Source of the DNA: Bacteroidota bacterium
GTDB lineage: Bacteria > Bacteroidota > Bacteroidia > Palsa-965
Length of the DNA stretch: 64,000 bases
Assembly (NCBI GenBank): GCA_013288325.1
Contig: JABDCB010000006.1
Span: forward strand, 10,324 to 74,323
Direction of reading: 5' to 3'
Below, piece by piece: positions 28,586-38,564 of this stretch. Both the position numbers and the translations under genes were made by a program. Under the pieces are notes generated by a model. That model did no database searches. It was not told the DNA's origin and saw nothing but the letters and a program-made list of their open reading frames with translations. Position 1 is the stretch's first letter; the number at the start of each line of letters is the position of its first letter.

Positions 28586-31396
28586 TTAGTGATTGGCGTC
28601 GGGTGACGCAATAAGCTGGATGAAGCCCTTCAAAACAAAAGGAACATTCCCGCTGAGTCGTTTTGAATTGACCGTACAAACGTAATAGTAAACACCGTCG
28701 GTGCATACTGCTCCTGTTTGCATGGCTTTCCCATCCCAATGAATATGGGGATCAGTGGTGTGAAAAAGAAGTACTCCCCAGCGATCATAAATATTCATGT
28801 CAACACTCTCTACGTAACGGTATGGGAGCGCGTCATAAAAATCGTTGTGATTATCACCGTTTGGAGTAAATACATTGGGTAAGGCATAGAAAGGACAATT
28901 GTCTGCACAAACAATGTTGCTTTTAATACTTTGGTTTATGGAGAACGAATCCAGAGCACTTACTGCATAGCAGCCCGCCACAGAAGCAAGATCGGTGAGT
29001 ACAAGTACTGTATCGCTGCTGAATGTAACGGTTTGTATAATCGTCATCGGATCCGTTGTGTTAGGCGAATACCAGATATTGTACGTTACCACATCATCAG
29101 CACAAGAGTGATTGGGATCGGACCAGGTAAGGGTATTGGTAAAGTTTTCGCAATCGGAGTTTAACGAGAGTATAGGAGGGCAAGGCGGTATATTGTCATA
29201 CGGAGCCAAGCAGGTACGCTGTGACCGGTTAAGCAACGTGTCAGGTAAAGAAGCATTGAAATAAGAGCCGTACGTAGTGATATAATAGCAATAGTTATGA
29301 TGGTTGATAAGGTTGGAATCTGCATAAGAACGCTGGGTTGTACTACCTATATAATTCCAGATATAGGGAGAGGTGGCTGCTTGTTTATAAACCTTGTACT
29401 GGTAGTTTGTCCAGGGCACTGTATCCTGCCAGGTAAGAGTGAGTTTATGATCGGAAGGGGTGAGGTGAAGATACACCGAAGATGCCCTTTGTGTAGATCC
29501 TACAAGCACGTATGTACTGGCAGTGGTGTTGAAATAAAAGAAATCGATCCGGTACGACCATGCACTGTCCTGAGTATTCAATACCGGAGTGCGATCAATG
29601 ATACTATCCTGCATACTATACAGGAATGCATTATTGATAGTACGTATAGGAGATGCACTGGGGTGTGCCATCACAAATCCATTGGAGCGGTATATTTTGA
29701 GTGTATAGGGTCCCGGAAAGGCAACAGTGTCAAGACCGGTGGTGGAGTCGGCAATTGCATTTTTCCATTTCACATAAATAACACCGGCGGTTGAGCTGGT
29801 TGAATCCACATCGACATTGGTAATGACCGGAATGTCCTGTTTAAGATTTGCACAAACATTTTTGGACGGCTGGCTTTGAGATCCGTCTGAATAAAGTGCT
29901 ACAATACGGTATGAATAGGTTACACCAGGTACCAGACCCGCACCTCCGTTATTATCAATAAATGTAGTATCTGTAATCTGACCAACGAGTGTGGTGCCAA
30001 TAAGGCTGTATCCCCAGGGGGCCGGAACACCGGTTGTACAAGGACCAGGATTCAAGGTGTCGCATCCCTGACGGCGGTATATCTCATAGTTCAGAAATCC
30101 ATTACCAGTAGGGTTACAGGATTCCTCTTTCCAATGGAGATGCATCGTTTGGCCAAAGGGTCGCGCATGCACCGGTTGCGGGGCGGGAGCAATAACGGTA
30201 ATATTAACAGTGGCAAAGTCGAGCAAGTCAACAGGCTGATTTCCCGAACCGGCCAGGGCATTATTATTCTCCAGCCGGAAGGTAACCTGGTGAGGTGAAG
30301 ACCGGATATGATCGCATGTTGTTTGCCAGTCGAAAGGACTGGAAATAGGGTTGGAGCCAAAATAGCAGGAGCAGATAGCAGCATCGGGAGCTATCGGGAA
30401 AGTGGCTATTGGAGGAGTTACATGAAACACATCGCCGTAAGCACTCATATGTAATCCGTTTGCCCGGATAGGATCAGATCCCGTCATAATAAAATGCAAA
30501 TGAGTGCCGGCAATGACACAGGTATCTTTAGGTTGATTCAATACCGGGTTATCGTTATTACATGTGGAAACAAGAATCTGCATATCCCTTTGCACATAGC
30601 CCATATTGTACCAGTTGCCAAACCATTTTCTCCATTTGGTAATACGGATACAGATATTGTAACTGCAAATATCCGGAGGAGAGCACCAGCTCATGAGCCC
30701 TGATACAGGATCAATTGATAAGGAGCCGCCGGAGGTAAGAGGGAGTGGAGACCATTGTGCAAGCGGAGCCTGGGTTGTATCATAACAAGGAGAAAGAGAA
30801 TAGCTGAGACTGTCGCCTTCCGGGTCAAATGCACCTGGGTTGTGATAGAAACAATGGTTTACACAGGCCATATCCAGAGGAACAGTGGAAAGCTGAGGTG
30901 AATATTGGTTACAGCCTAAAAAATCATTGATGACCAGTACAGACTGCAGATAAAATTGAATATTGACCGAGTTGAGGATATTACAAATACCAGCCACCCG
31001 GTTAGGGTCTTTCATGGAAATAATATAGGTGCCGGATCCCGGATAGCTATGATTGACTCTGTAAATATTTTTTTTGAAATATTGGTATTGAGGATAACCA
31101 ATCAGCTGTAAAGGCATACCATTACCTTGTGGTGCGGTACATAAACCAAGTCCGGTATCATCTTCTGCAGGTACCACAGATCTGTTTACCCAGGCATTGG
31201 TTCCATCACCAAAAAAAACCTGGAGAGAACAACGGTCCGCCGAACTTCTCATGTCGGTATAAGTGGTAACAGTTACCTCATAATCATGACAAGTAGGGTC
31301 GATGGAACGGTATGTAATTTCTCCTGCTACATTGTGTGTGGCAAAAATCCGGCCGAATGGAAGGATAAGCAGAAGCAGAAGTAAATATCTTCTCAT
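28586..31396 (-). CDS. large secreted surface protein with T9SS type-B (gliding-motility-associated, CHU_C-type) C-terminal sorting domain; paralog 1
   Basis: 936 aa. It has a signal peptide, an N-terminal THNVAGEITYRS..YEVTVTTYTD module and FN3-like repeats. The C-terminus is NVFTPNGDNHNDFY...MNIYDRWGVLLFH...WDGK...DGVYYYV, typical of the type-B CTD. Confidence 0.85.
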   Translation of the reverse strand: MRRYLLLLLLILPFGRIFATHNVAGEITYRSIDPTCHDYEVTVTTYTDMRSSADRCSLQVFFGDGTNAWVNRSVVPAEDDTGLGLCTAPQGNGMPLQLIGYPQYQYFKKNIYRVNHSYPGSGTYIISMKDPNRVAGICNILNSVNIQFYLQSVLVINDFLGCNQYSPQLSTVPLDMACVNHCFYHNPGAFDPEGDSLSYSLSPCYDTTQAPLAQWSPLPLTSGGSLSIDPVSGLMSWCSPPDICSYNICIRITKWRKWFGNWYNMGYVQRDMQILVSTCNNDNPVLNQPKDTCVIAGTHLHFIMTGSDPIRANGLHMSAYGDVFHVTPPIATFPIAPDAAICSCYFGSNPISSPFDWQTTCDHIRSSPHQVTFRLENNNALAGSGNQPVDLLDFATVNITVIAPAPQPVHARPFGQTMHLHWKEESCNPTGNGFLNYEIYRRQGCDTLNPGPCTTGVPAPWGYSLIGTTLVGQITDTTFIDNNGGAGLVPGVTYSYRIVALYSDGSQSQPSKNVCANLKQDIPVITNVDVDSTSSTAGVIYVKWKNAIADSTTGLDTVAFPGPYTLKIYRSNGFVMAHPSASPIRTINNAFLYSMQDSIIDRTPVLNTQDSAWSYRIDFFYFNTTASTYVLVGSTQRASSVYLHLTPSDHKLTLTWQDTVPWTNYQYKVYKQAATSPYIWNYIGSTTQRSYADSNLINHHNYCYYITTYGSYFNASLPDTLLNRSQRTCLAPYDNIPPCPPILSLNSDCENFTNTLTWSDPNHSCADDVVTYNIWYSPNTTDPMTIIQTVTFSSDTVLVLTDLASVAGCYAVSALDSFSINQSIKSNIVCADNCPFYALPNVFTPNGDNHNDFYDALPYRYVESVDMNIYDRWGVLLFHTTDPHIHWDGKAMQTGAVCTDGVYYYVCTVNSKRLSGNVPFVLKGFIQLIASPDANH

Positions 31397-31418
31397 GGAA
31401 GAGGGTTCAAAAAGGATT

Positions 31419-31426
31419 CTAATTTA
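31419..31426 (-). promoter_or_regulatory. candidate Bacteroidota -7 promoter box (TAAATTAG vs consensus TAnnTTTG) for paralog 1
   Basis: It matches 7 of 8 positions and ends 22 nt upstream of the ATG. An equivalent element lies at the same distance upstream of paralog 2. No clear -33 TTTG was seen. Confidence 0.3.
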
Positions 31427-31613
31427 CTAATTTATTGTGGATTGCCTGTCCATTTTCTGATAATTTAATGTATGGAGGAGGCTTCGAGACACTTATTGGA
31501 GATAAGGACAGGGTAATAAAATTGAGAAAAGGACAGTAATTAGAGTTTTATTAGAATAGCCGGGAAAAGGAATCAAAGGAGAATGATTATCCTTTGCCGT
31601 CAACTGATAATAA

Positions 31614-34427
31614 CTAGTGATTGATATCAGGCGAAGAAATCAGCTGGATAAATCCTTTCAGCACAAACGGTGTTGTACCGCTGAGTCGTTTTGAATAAAC
31701 AGTACAGATGTAATAGTAAACGCCGTCTGAACAAAGCTCTCCCGTCTGGAGCGCCTTTCCATCCCAATGAATATGTGGGTCAGCAGTATGATAAATCAAT
31801 ACTCCCCAACGATCATAAATATTCATGTCAACACTTTCTACATACCGGTAGGGAAGGGCATTGAATACATCATTCACCATATCTCCGTTGGGCGTAAATA
31901 CATTGGGTAATGCATAAAACGGACAATTGTCGGCACAAACAACATTGCTTTTTACACTTTGATTTACGGAGAATGAATCCAGGGCACTTACTGCATAACA
32001 GCCAGCTACAGAAGGAAGATCGGTAAGGACAAGCACGGTATCGCTGCTGAAACTAACGGTTTGTATTACCGTCATCGGATCCGTTGTGTTAGGCGAATAC
32101 CATATATTGTACGTTACCACATCATCGGCACAAGAATGGTTGGGATCGTTCCAGGTAAGTGTATTGGTAAAATTTTCGCATTCAGAGCTCAGTGAGAGTA
32201 TAGGAGCGCAAGGTGGTACATTGTCATACGGAGCCATACAGGTACGCTGTGAACGGTTGAGCAAGGTATCGGACAAAGCAGTATTGAAATAGGAGCCGTA
32301 GGTAGTGATATAATAACAATATGTATGGTGATTGATGAGGTTTGAGTCTATATAAGACCGCTGGGCAGTACTGCCAATATAATTCCATATATAAGGAGAA
32401 GTGGCCGCTTGTTTATAAACCTTGTACTGGTAGTTTGTCCAGGGCACTGTATCCTGCCAGGTAAGGGTGAGTTTATGATCGGAAGGGGTGAGGTGCAGAT
32501 ATACCGACGACGCCATTTGTGTAGACCCTATCAGGGTAGTGGAGCTGTAGAAGTCGATTTTATAAGACCATGCGCTGTCTTGCGTATTCAATACCGGAGA
32601 CCGGTCTATGATGCTGTCAGGAAGATTCAGAAGCCGTAGACTGGTAAAAACGCGTTTGGGTGTGGAGCCCGGATATGCCAATACAAATCCGTTGGAGCGA
32701 TATATTTTGAGTGTATAAGGTCCCGGATAGGCAACGGTGTCAAGTCCGGTAGCAGAATCGGCAATGGCGTTTTTCCATTTCACGAAAATAACACCGGCAG
32801 TTGCACTGGTTGAATCGACGTCAACATGGGTGATGACTGGGATGTCTTGTTTAAGGCTGGCGCAAACATTCGTTGAAGTTTGGCTTTGTGAGCCATCTGT
32901 GAATATAGCCACAACCCGGTATGAATATACTACGCCTGGCACCAGACCAGCGCCTCCATTATTGTCGATAAAGAAAGTGTTTGTAATCTGACCAACAGGT
33001 GTTGTGCCGATTAATGTATAGCCCCAGGAAGCGGGGACACCTGTTGTACAAGTACCGGGATTGAGCGTATCACAGCCTAGCTTTCTGTAAATTTCATATT
33101 GAATAAATCCATTCAGAGAAGGATTGCAAGTTTCCTGATCCCATGTCAGATGCATGGTTTGTCCGATCGGTTTTGCCTTCAGATTTTGAATGGCCGGGGC
33201 AATAACAGTAATATTCATCGTTTCAAAATCAAGCAGATCTACCGGCTGGGAGCCCGAACTGAGGGCCGAAGCGTTATTATTCTCCAGCCGGAATGTAACC
33301 TGATGAGGTGAAGAACGGATGTGATCGCATGTTGTTTGCCAGTCGAAAGGACTGGAAATAGGGTTGGATCCAAAAGTGCAGGAACAAGAAGCCGGATTAG
33401 GTGCTACAGGAAATGTAGCGATAGGCGCCACTACATGAAAAACATCTCCCGACGCGCTTAGATTTAATCCGTTGGCGCTGATCGGGTCACTGCCTGTCAT
33501 TACAAAATGTATGTGGGCTCCAGCAATCACGCAGGTATCCCTGGGTTCGTTCAATACGGGGTTATCATTGTTACAAGTGGAAACAATGATCTCCATATCC
33601 CTTTGGACATAGCCCATATTGTACCAGGTACCAAACCATTTCTTCCATTTGGTAATACGGATACAGATATTATAACTGCAAATATCAGGAGGTGAGCACC
33701 AGCTCATGAGCCCGGTTACGGGATCGATGGACAAGGAACCACTCGTTGTGACAGGAAGCGGGGACCATTGTGCAAGAGGAGCCTGGGTGGTATCATAACA
33801 GGGAGAAAGGGAATAACTGAGGCTGTCGCCTTCCGGGTCAAATGCACCGGGGTTATGATAAAAACAATGGTTTACACATGCCATATCCAGAGGGATAGTA
33901 GATAGCTGCGGAGAATATTGATTGCAGCCTATAAAGTCATTAATAACAAGAACAGACTGGAGGCAAAACATAATATTGTCAGAGTTCAGGATGTTGCAAA
34001 TGCCGGCTACCCGATTAGGAACCTTAATGGCTATTACGTATGAGCCTGAACCCGGGTAAACATGATCAACCCGGTAGATATTTTTTTTAAAATTCGGATA
34101 CTGAGGATAACCGATCAAGGAAAGAGGCATTCCGTTTCCGGCACTGGGGCCGCACGGCACGGGAACGGAAAGAGCAGCATCGTTTTCGGAGGGGACGAGG
34201 GAGCGATTGGCTGTTGCGCTGGTGCCATCACCAAAGTATACAACCACACTACAATTGTCTGCCGCATGGCTGACGCCCACGTAATCAGTATATGTAGTAA
34301 CAGTTATTTCGTAATCATGACAGGTAGGGTCAATAGAACGGTACGTAATTTCCCCGGCAACAAGGTGGGAAGCAATAATCTGTCCGAAGGAAAGGATAAA
34401 CAGAGACAGGAGTAATAATCTTTTCAT
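31614..34427 (-). CDS. large secreted surface protein with T9SS type-B C-terminal sorting domain; paralog 2
   Basis: 937 aa. It is colinear with the 28586-31396 product, at roughly 80% identity by eye, and has the same N-terminal module and C-terminal NVFTPNGDMVNDVF...IYDRWGVLIYH...WDGK domain. Confidence 0.85.
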   Translation of the reverse strand: MKRLLLLSLFILSFGQIIASHLVAGEITYRSIDPTCHDYEITVTTYTDYVGVSHAADNCSVVVYFGDGTSATANRSLVPSENDAALSVPVPCGPSAGNGMPLSLIGYPQYPNFKKNIYRVDHVYPGSGSYVIAIKVPNRVAGICNILNSDNIMFCLQSVLVINDFIGCNQYSPQLSTIPLDMACVNHCFYHNPGAFDPEGDSLSYSLSPCYDTTQAPLAQWSPLPVTTSGSLSIDPVTGLMSWCSPPDICSYNICIRITKWKKWFGTWYNMGYVQRDMEIIVSTCNNDNPVLNEPRDTCVIAGAHIHFVMTGSDPISANGLNLSASGDVFHVVAPIATFPVAPNPASCSCTFGSNPISSPFDWQTTCDHIRSSPHQVTFRLENNNASALSSGSQPVDLLDFETMNITVIAPAIQNLKAKPIGQTMHLTWDQETCNPSLNGFIQYEIYRKLGCDTLNPGTCTTGVPASWGYTLIGTTPVGQITNTFFIDNNGGAGLVPGVVYSYRVVAIFTDGSQSQTSTNVCASLKQDIPVITHVDVDSTSATAGVIFVKWKNAIADSATGLDTVAYPGPYTLKIYRSNGFVLAYPGSTPKRVFTSLRLLNLPDSIIDRSPVLNTQDSAWSYKIDFYSSTTLIGSTQMASSVYLHLTPSDHKLTLTWQDTVPWTNYQYKVYKQAATSPYIWNYIGSTAQRSYIDSNLINHHTYCYYITTYGSYFNTALSDTLLNRSQRTCMAPYDNVPPCAPILSLSSECENFTNTLTWNDPNHSCADDVVTYNIWYSPNTTDPMTVIQTVSFSSDTVLVLTDLPSVAGCYAVSALDSFSVNQSVKSNVVCADNCPFYALPNVFTPNGDMVNDVFNALPYRYVESVDMNIYDRWGVLIYHTADPHIHWDGKALQTGELCSDGVYYYICTVYSKRLSGTTPFVLKGFIQLISSPDINH

Positions 34428-34449
34428 GGAGGAAAAGTGAAATCCATTC

Positions 34450-34457
34450 TAAATTTA
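34450..34457 (-). promoter_or_regulatory. candidate Bacteroidota -7 promoter box (TAAATTTA) for paralog 2
   Basis: It matches 7 of 8 positions of TAnnTTTG and ends 22 nt upstream of the ATG. Confidence 0.3.
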
Positions 34458-34597
34458 CTCAATTATGACTGAATACTCGCTAAAAACGCAACAAATTAAC
34501 GGTTTGCCGATTTTTCGTCCATGAGCTATCACAGAAACGTTCAAGTCAGGGAAAAAAGGCTCAAACTAAATTAGATTTGAATTAGAAAAGGTGTGGA

Positions 34598-35725
34598 TTA
34601 GTAGTTAATGACCTGTTCTTCCATTTGTTTGGGGATGTCCCGGTATTCATATTTCTGGCTTCTTAGCTGGGGTTCAAATCCTGCTTCGCGAATGGCTTGC
34701 TGAATTGAAGCAGAGGTAAACCGATGGGGAGCTCCGGCGGCGGAAACCACATTTTCTTCTATCATGATAGACCCGAAATCATTGGCCCCGGCATGCAGGC
34801 ATAGTTTGGCCACTTCCTTACCTACTGTAAGCCAGCTGGCCTGGATATTATCAATATTCGGGAGCATAATACGGCTCATGGCTATCATGCGAATATATTC
34901 TTCGCCACTCACGTTGTTTTTTATTCCTTTCAGGCGTTTGAGAAGGGTTCCGTCATCCTGAAAAGGCCAGGGAATAAACGCAAGAAAACCATTGGCATCC
35001 TTCGGTTTTTCCGATTGTACTTCTCTTAGCCATACCAGGTGTTCAAAACGTTCGTAAATAGTTTCTACATGTCCGAACATCATGGTGGCAGACGTGGTCA
35101 GACCCAGCTGATGAGCTGCCCGCATAATATCAAGCCATTCTTTTCCTCCGCATTTTCCCTTGGAAATAAGTCTCCTTACCCGGTCATTAAGTATTTCCGC
35201 TCCTGCCCCTGGCAAACTGTCAAGCCCGGCTTCCATCAATGCTTTCAATACTTCCGTGTGGGTCGATTTCTCAAGGCGGGTAATATGTGCTATTTCAGGA
35301 GGACCCAGTGAATGCAGCTTCAGTTTAGGGTAAAGGCTTTTCAGTTCTCTGAAAAGGTCGGTATAAAATTTTAATCCCAGTTCAGGATGATGCCCGCCTT
35401 GCAGCAGGAGCTGATCACCTCCATACCGGAATGTCTCTTCAATTTTTTGTTTATAGGTTTCTATATCGGTGATATACGATTCGGCGTGACCTGGAATCCG
35501 GTAGAAATTGCAAAACTTACAATTCGCAACACAAACATTGGTGGTATTGACATTTCTGTCAATCATCCAGGTTACTTTCCCATCTTTCTTTTTTTGCTTG
35601 CGTAATTCGTTGGCGGTAAAAATAAGTGACGAAATAGGGGCTTGCTCAAAAAGCAATACTCCTTCTTCGATGGTCAGGAATTCAAGGCGCAGCGCCCGTG
35701 ACAATAAATGATCGATCACATTCAC
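34598..35725 (-). CDS. radical SAM enzyme of the CofH/MqnC/MqnE family (futalosine-route menaquinone biosynthesis, subtype not resolved)
   Basis: 375 aa. The radical-SAM cluster motif is CVANCKFCNFYR. The length is about 370 aa, and LLLQGGHHPE and GPPEI motifs are present. I cannot distinguish MqnC from MqnE by eye. Confidence 0.65.
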   Translation of the reverse strand: MNVIDHLLSRALRLEFLTIEEGVLLFEQAPISSLIFTANELRKQKKKDGKVTWMIDRNVNTTNVCVANCKFCNFYRIPGHAESYITDIETYKQKIEETFRYGGDQLLLQGGHHPELGLKFYTDLFRELKSLYPKLKLHSLGPPEIAHITRLEKSTHTEVLKALMEAGLDSLPGAGAEILNDRVRRLISKGKCGGKEWLDIMRAAHQLGLTTSATMMFGHVETIYERFEHLVWLREVQSEKPKDANGFLAFIPWPFQDDGTLLKRLKGIKNNVSGEEYIRMIAMSRIMLPNIDNIQASWLTVGKEVAKLCLHAGANDFGSIMIEENVVSAAGAPHRFTSASIQQAIREAGFEPQLRSQKYEYRDIPKQMEEQVINY

Positions 35726-35805
35726 GTTATATCTTTCTTTTTGAATAAACTATGATTAGAAAAGCAATTTTTCTACATTTACCCTCCTCAAAAGTAGGAA
35801 AAAGA

Positions 35806-37236
35806 ATGACAACACTGAAGAAGGCCGGAGCAGTCAGGCCGAATGACAATCTTATTGTTTTATGTAGCCTGCGAACTGATTTTAAACCTCTTGGCTTATC
35901 CACCACGGAAACGGAATACGTGAAAACGGAATTTGAGCATGGCCGCCATTCGGTTATCCTTAACCAATTCAGTCGTTATGTTTTTCTGCAACTGATTGAT
36001 CCGAAAAAAAGCCCTGAACAGCTTTTAGAGATTTGTCGCAAAGCGGGTTCAACACTTGCCGACCGGTGTAATGAGTATAAGATAAAAGAAGCGGTTATAG
36101 CCGACATAGAAGATAAACCGGCATTGGCTTTGGCGCTGGCAGAAGGAATGGCGCTTGGCAATTATCAGTTTGTGAAATATAAGAGCACTAAAGAAAAGGA
36201 CCGTCATTCGCTGGAATCTATCGCTATTAATAGCCGGAAACTGAAAGACAGGGATCTGGATATGATGAATATCTGTATGGATGCCACCCTGCGTGCCCGT
36301 GACCTGGTAAATGAACCGGCCAATAAATTGAATGCCGTACAATTATCCGCTGCATTTGAAAAACTGGGTAAGGAAGCCGGTTTCAAAGTGGAGGTATTGA
36401 AAGAAGCCAAGATTCGTGCTCTTAAAATGGGAGGCTTGCTGGCTGTCAATATGGGCAGTGTGGATGCTCCTACCTTTAGTGTTATGGAATACAAGCCAGC
36501 CAATGCAAAGAATAAAAAACCGTATGTGTTAGTCGGAAAAGGTGTTACCTATGATACCGGAGGATTGAGCCTGAAGCCTACGCCCAACTCCATGGACATG
36601 ATGAAATGTGATATGGCAGGAGGAGCCCTGGTAGGAGCTGCATTGTATGCAATTGCCAAAGCAAAACTGCCTGTACATGTGATTGGACTTGTGCCGGCCA
36701 CGGATAACAGACCCGGAGGAAATGCATTTGCACCCGGCGATATTATTACCATGATGAGCGGACAAACGGTAGAAATGCTTAACTCGGATGCAGAAGGAAG
36801 AATGATTCTGGCCGATGCCTTGCATTATGCAAAACGGTATGATCCGGAGCTGGTTTGCGAGTTCTCTACCCTTACCGGAGCAGCAGCTGCTGCCATAGGC
36901 AGCGCAGGAATTGTTGTAATGGGTGATGCGCCCGACCGTTTCAGAGTGAGATTACGTACCAGTGGAAATAATGTACATGAACGACTGGCCGAATTCCCTT
37001 TCTGGGAAGAGTATGATGATATGCTTAAGTCAGAGCTGGCCGATATGAAGAATATTGGAGGAGCCGTGGCCGGAGCTATTACTGCCGGTCGCTTCTTATA
37101 CAAATACACCACCTATCCTTATCTTCATTTTGATATTGCGGGTCCGGCATTCATTCCGGCACGTGATTCATACCGTATCAAAGGCGGTACCGGGGTTGGG
37201 GTAAGACTATTATTCGACTTTTTTCGCAACCTTTGA
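35806..37236 (+). CDS. pepA: leucyl aminopeptidase (M17 family)
   Basis: Motifs are VGKGVTYDTGGLSLKP and NSDAEGRMILADAL. The ORF is open from 35752, and the Met at 35806 (MTTLKK) is the likely start. Confidence 0.88.
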   Translation: MTTLKKAGAVRPNDNLIVLCSLRTDFKPLGLSTTETEYVKTEFEHGRHSVILNQFSRYVFLQLIDPKKSPEQLLEICRKAGSTLADRCNEYKIKEAVIADIEDKPALALALAEGMALGNYQFVKYKSTKEKDRHSLESIAINSRKLKDRDLDMMNICMDATLRARDLVNEPANKLNAVQLSAAFEKLGKEAGFKVEVLKEAKIRALKMGGLLAVNMGSVDAPTFSVMEYKPANAKNKKPYVLVGKGVTYDTGGLSLKPTPNSMDMMKCDMAGGALVGAALYAIAKAKLPVHVIGLVPATDNRPGGNAFAPGDIITMMSGQTVEMLNSDAEGRMILADALHYAKRYDPELVCEFSTLTGAAAAAIGSAGIVVMGDAPDRFRVRLRTSGNNVHERLAEFPFWEEYDDMLKSELADMKNIGGAVAGAITAGRFLYKYTTYPYLHFDIAGPAFIPARDSYRIKGGTGVGVRLLFDFFRNL

Positions 37237-37278
37237 ATGGGCGAAAAATTAATGCATTAATCTTGATCCTGTCTTCTT

Positions 37279-38337
37279 ATGTCAGAAAATAAAATACGTG
37301 TAGGGATCACCCAGGGAGATATCAATGGGGTTGGAATGGAAATCATCATCAAAACATTTCAGGATCCGGCCATCTTTGATCTTTGTACACCTGTTGTATA
37401 CAGTTCAGCCAAAACGGCTTCCTTTTATCGTAAACTGATGAATGTGGAGGATTTTAGTTTCAACTACATTAAAGAAGGAGAGACTCCCAATCCCAAAAGG
37501 GCTAATCTGCAAAGCTGTTATGAGGAAGAAGTGGTTATAGAGCCTGGCAAATCTTCTCCAGCCGCAGGAAAGTATGCTGTTCTTTCGCTCGAAGCGGCAA
37601 GCAACGCACTGGATAAAAAGGAGATTGATGTTCTAGTTACTGCACCCATTGATAAGCATAATGTACAATCGGAGTCATTTAATTTTCCAGGTCATACCGA
37701 ATACCTGCAAAGCCGTTTTGGCAATCCCGAAGCGTTGATGCTGATGGTGTCCGATACATTAAGGGTGGGTGTTGTAACGGGCCATATGCCCTTGGCACAG
37801 GTTGCTTCTTCCATTAGTCAGGAAGGCATCCTGAATAAGATAAAAATACTGAACACCACGCTTATCCGCGACTTTGGAATTCGTAAGCCACGTATTGCCG
37901 TGTTGGGTTTGAATCCACATGCCGGTGATCAGGGAACATTGGGGAAAGAAGATCAGGAAATAATTGTTCCGGCTATTAATAAAGCAAAAGAGCTGCAGAT
38001 TATGGCCTGGGGTCCTTATCCGGCTGATGGTTTTTTCGGAAATGGCTCCTATCTTAAATTCGATGCCGTATTGGCTATGTATCATGATCAGGGGCTGGTG
38101 CCATTTAAAACACTTTCTTTTGGAACCGGGGTTAATTTTACCGCCGGTCTTCGTTTTGTCCGTACTTCACCCGATCATGGAACAGCATATGATATTGCCG
38201 GTAAAAATCAGGCTAACGAGGAATCGTTCCGTAAGGCTATCTATATGGCCTGTGATATTTATCGTAAACGGAACGAATACCACGAACTGACTTCTGATCC
38301 ATTGAAAATCAGCGTATTTAAGAAAGAACGTTCGTAA
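37279..38337 (+). CDS. pdxA: 4-hydroxythreonine-4-phosphate dehydrogenase
   Basis: 352 aa with motifs GDINGVG, FPGHTEYL, LNPHAGD, HDQG and SPDHGTA. Confidence 0.88.
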   Translation: MSENKIRVGITQGDINGVGMEIIIKTFQDPAIFDLCTPVVYSSAKTASFYRKLMNVEDFSFNYIKEGETPNPKRANLQSCYEEEVVIEPGKSSPAAGKYAVLSLEAASNALDKKEIDVLVTAPIDKHNVQSESFNFPGHTEYLQSRFGNPEALMLMVSDTLRVGVVTGHMPLAQVASSISQEGILNKIKILNTTLIRDFGIRKPRIAVLGLNPHAGDQGTLGKEDQEIIVPAINKAKELQIMAWGPYPADGFFGNGSYLKFDAVLAMYHDQGLVPFKTLSFGTGVNFTAGLRFVRTSPDHGTAYDIAGKNQANEESFRKAIYMACDIYRKRNEYHELTSDPLKISVFKKERS

Positions 38338-38564
38338 AGAGAAGTCGGGATTGATTTGCTGGTATATTTTTAAGGGCTGTCATATTAGTTTGATTAATAG
38401 ATTTTGAAGGTCCGGAGAAAGTCCAAAAACAATAGATTTTAGTGAAAACAGACAAAAAAATCGATGGTTTGTCGTTTTTTCAATGCTTTTTCGATTAAAA
38501 TCGCCGGTATTTAATCCCTCCCGTTTGGTGATCCCACATAAATTTTTACCTTTGCTGCCTTTTC

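Larger units (their letters stand above)
28586..34475 (-). repeat. tandem direct duplication, unit about 3.03 kb (gene plus ~45 nt of upstream leader)
   Basis: The gene starts are offset by 3031 nt and the stops by 3028 nt. Identical nucleotide runs of tens of nt occur (e.g. 29381-29438 vs 32409-32466, and 30310-30355 vs 33320-33365). The upstream leaders share ATTCTAA(A)TTTACT. Confidence 0.9.
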
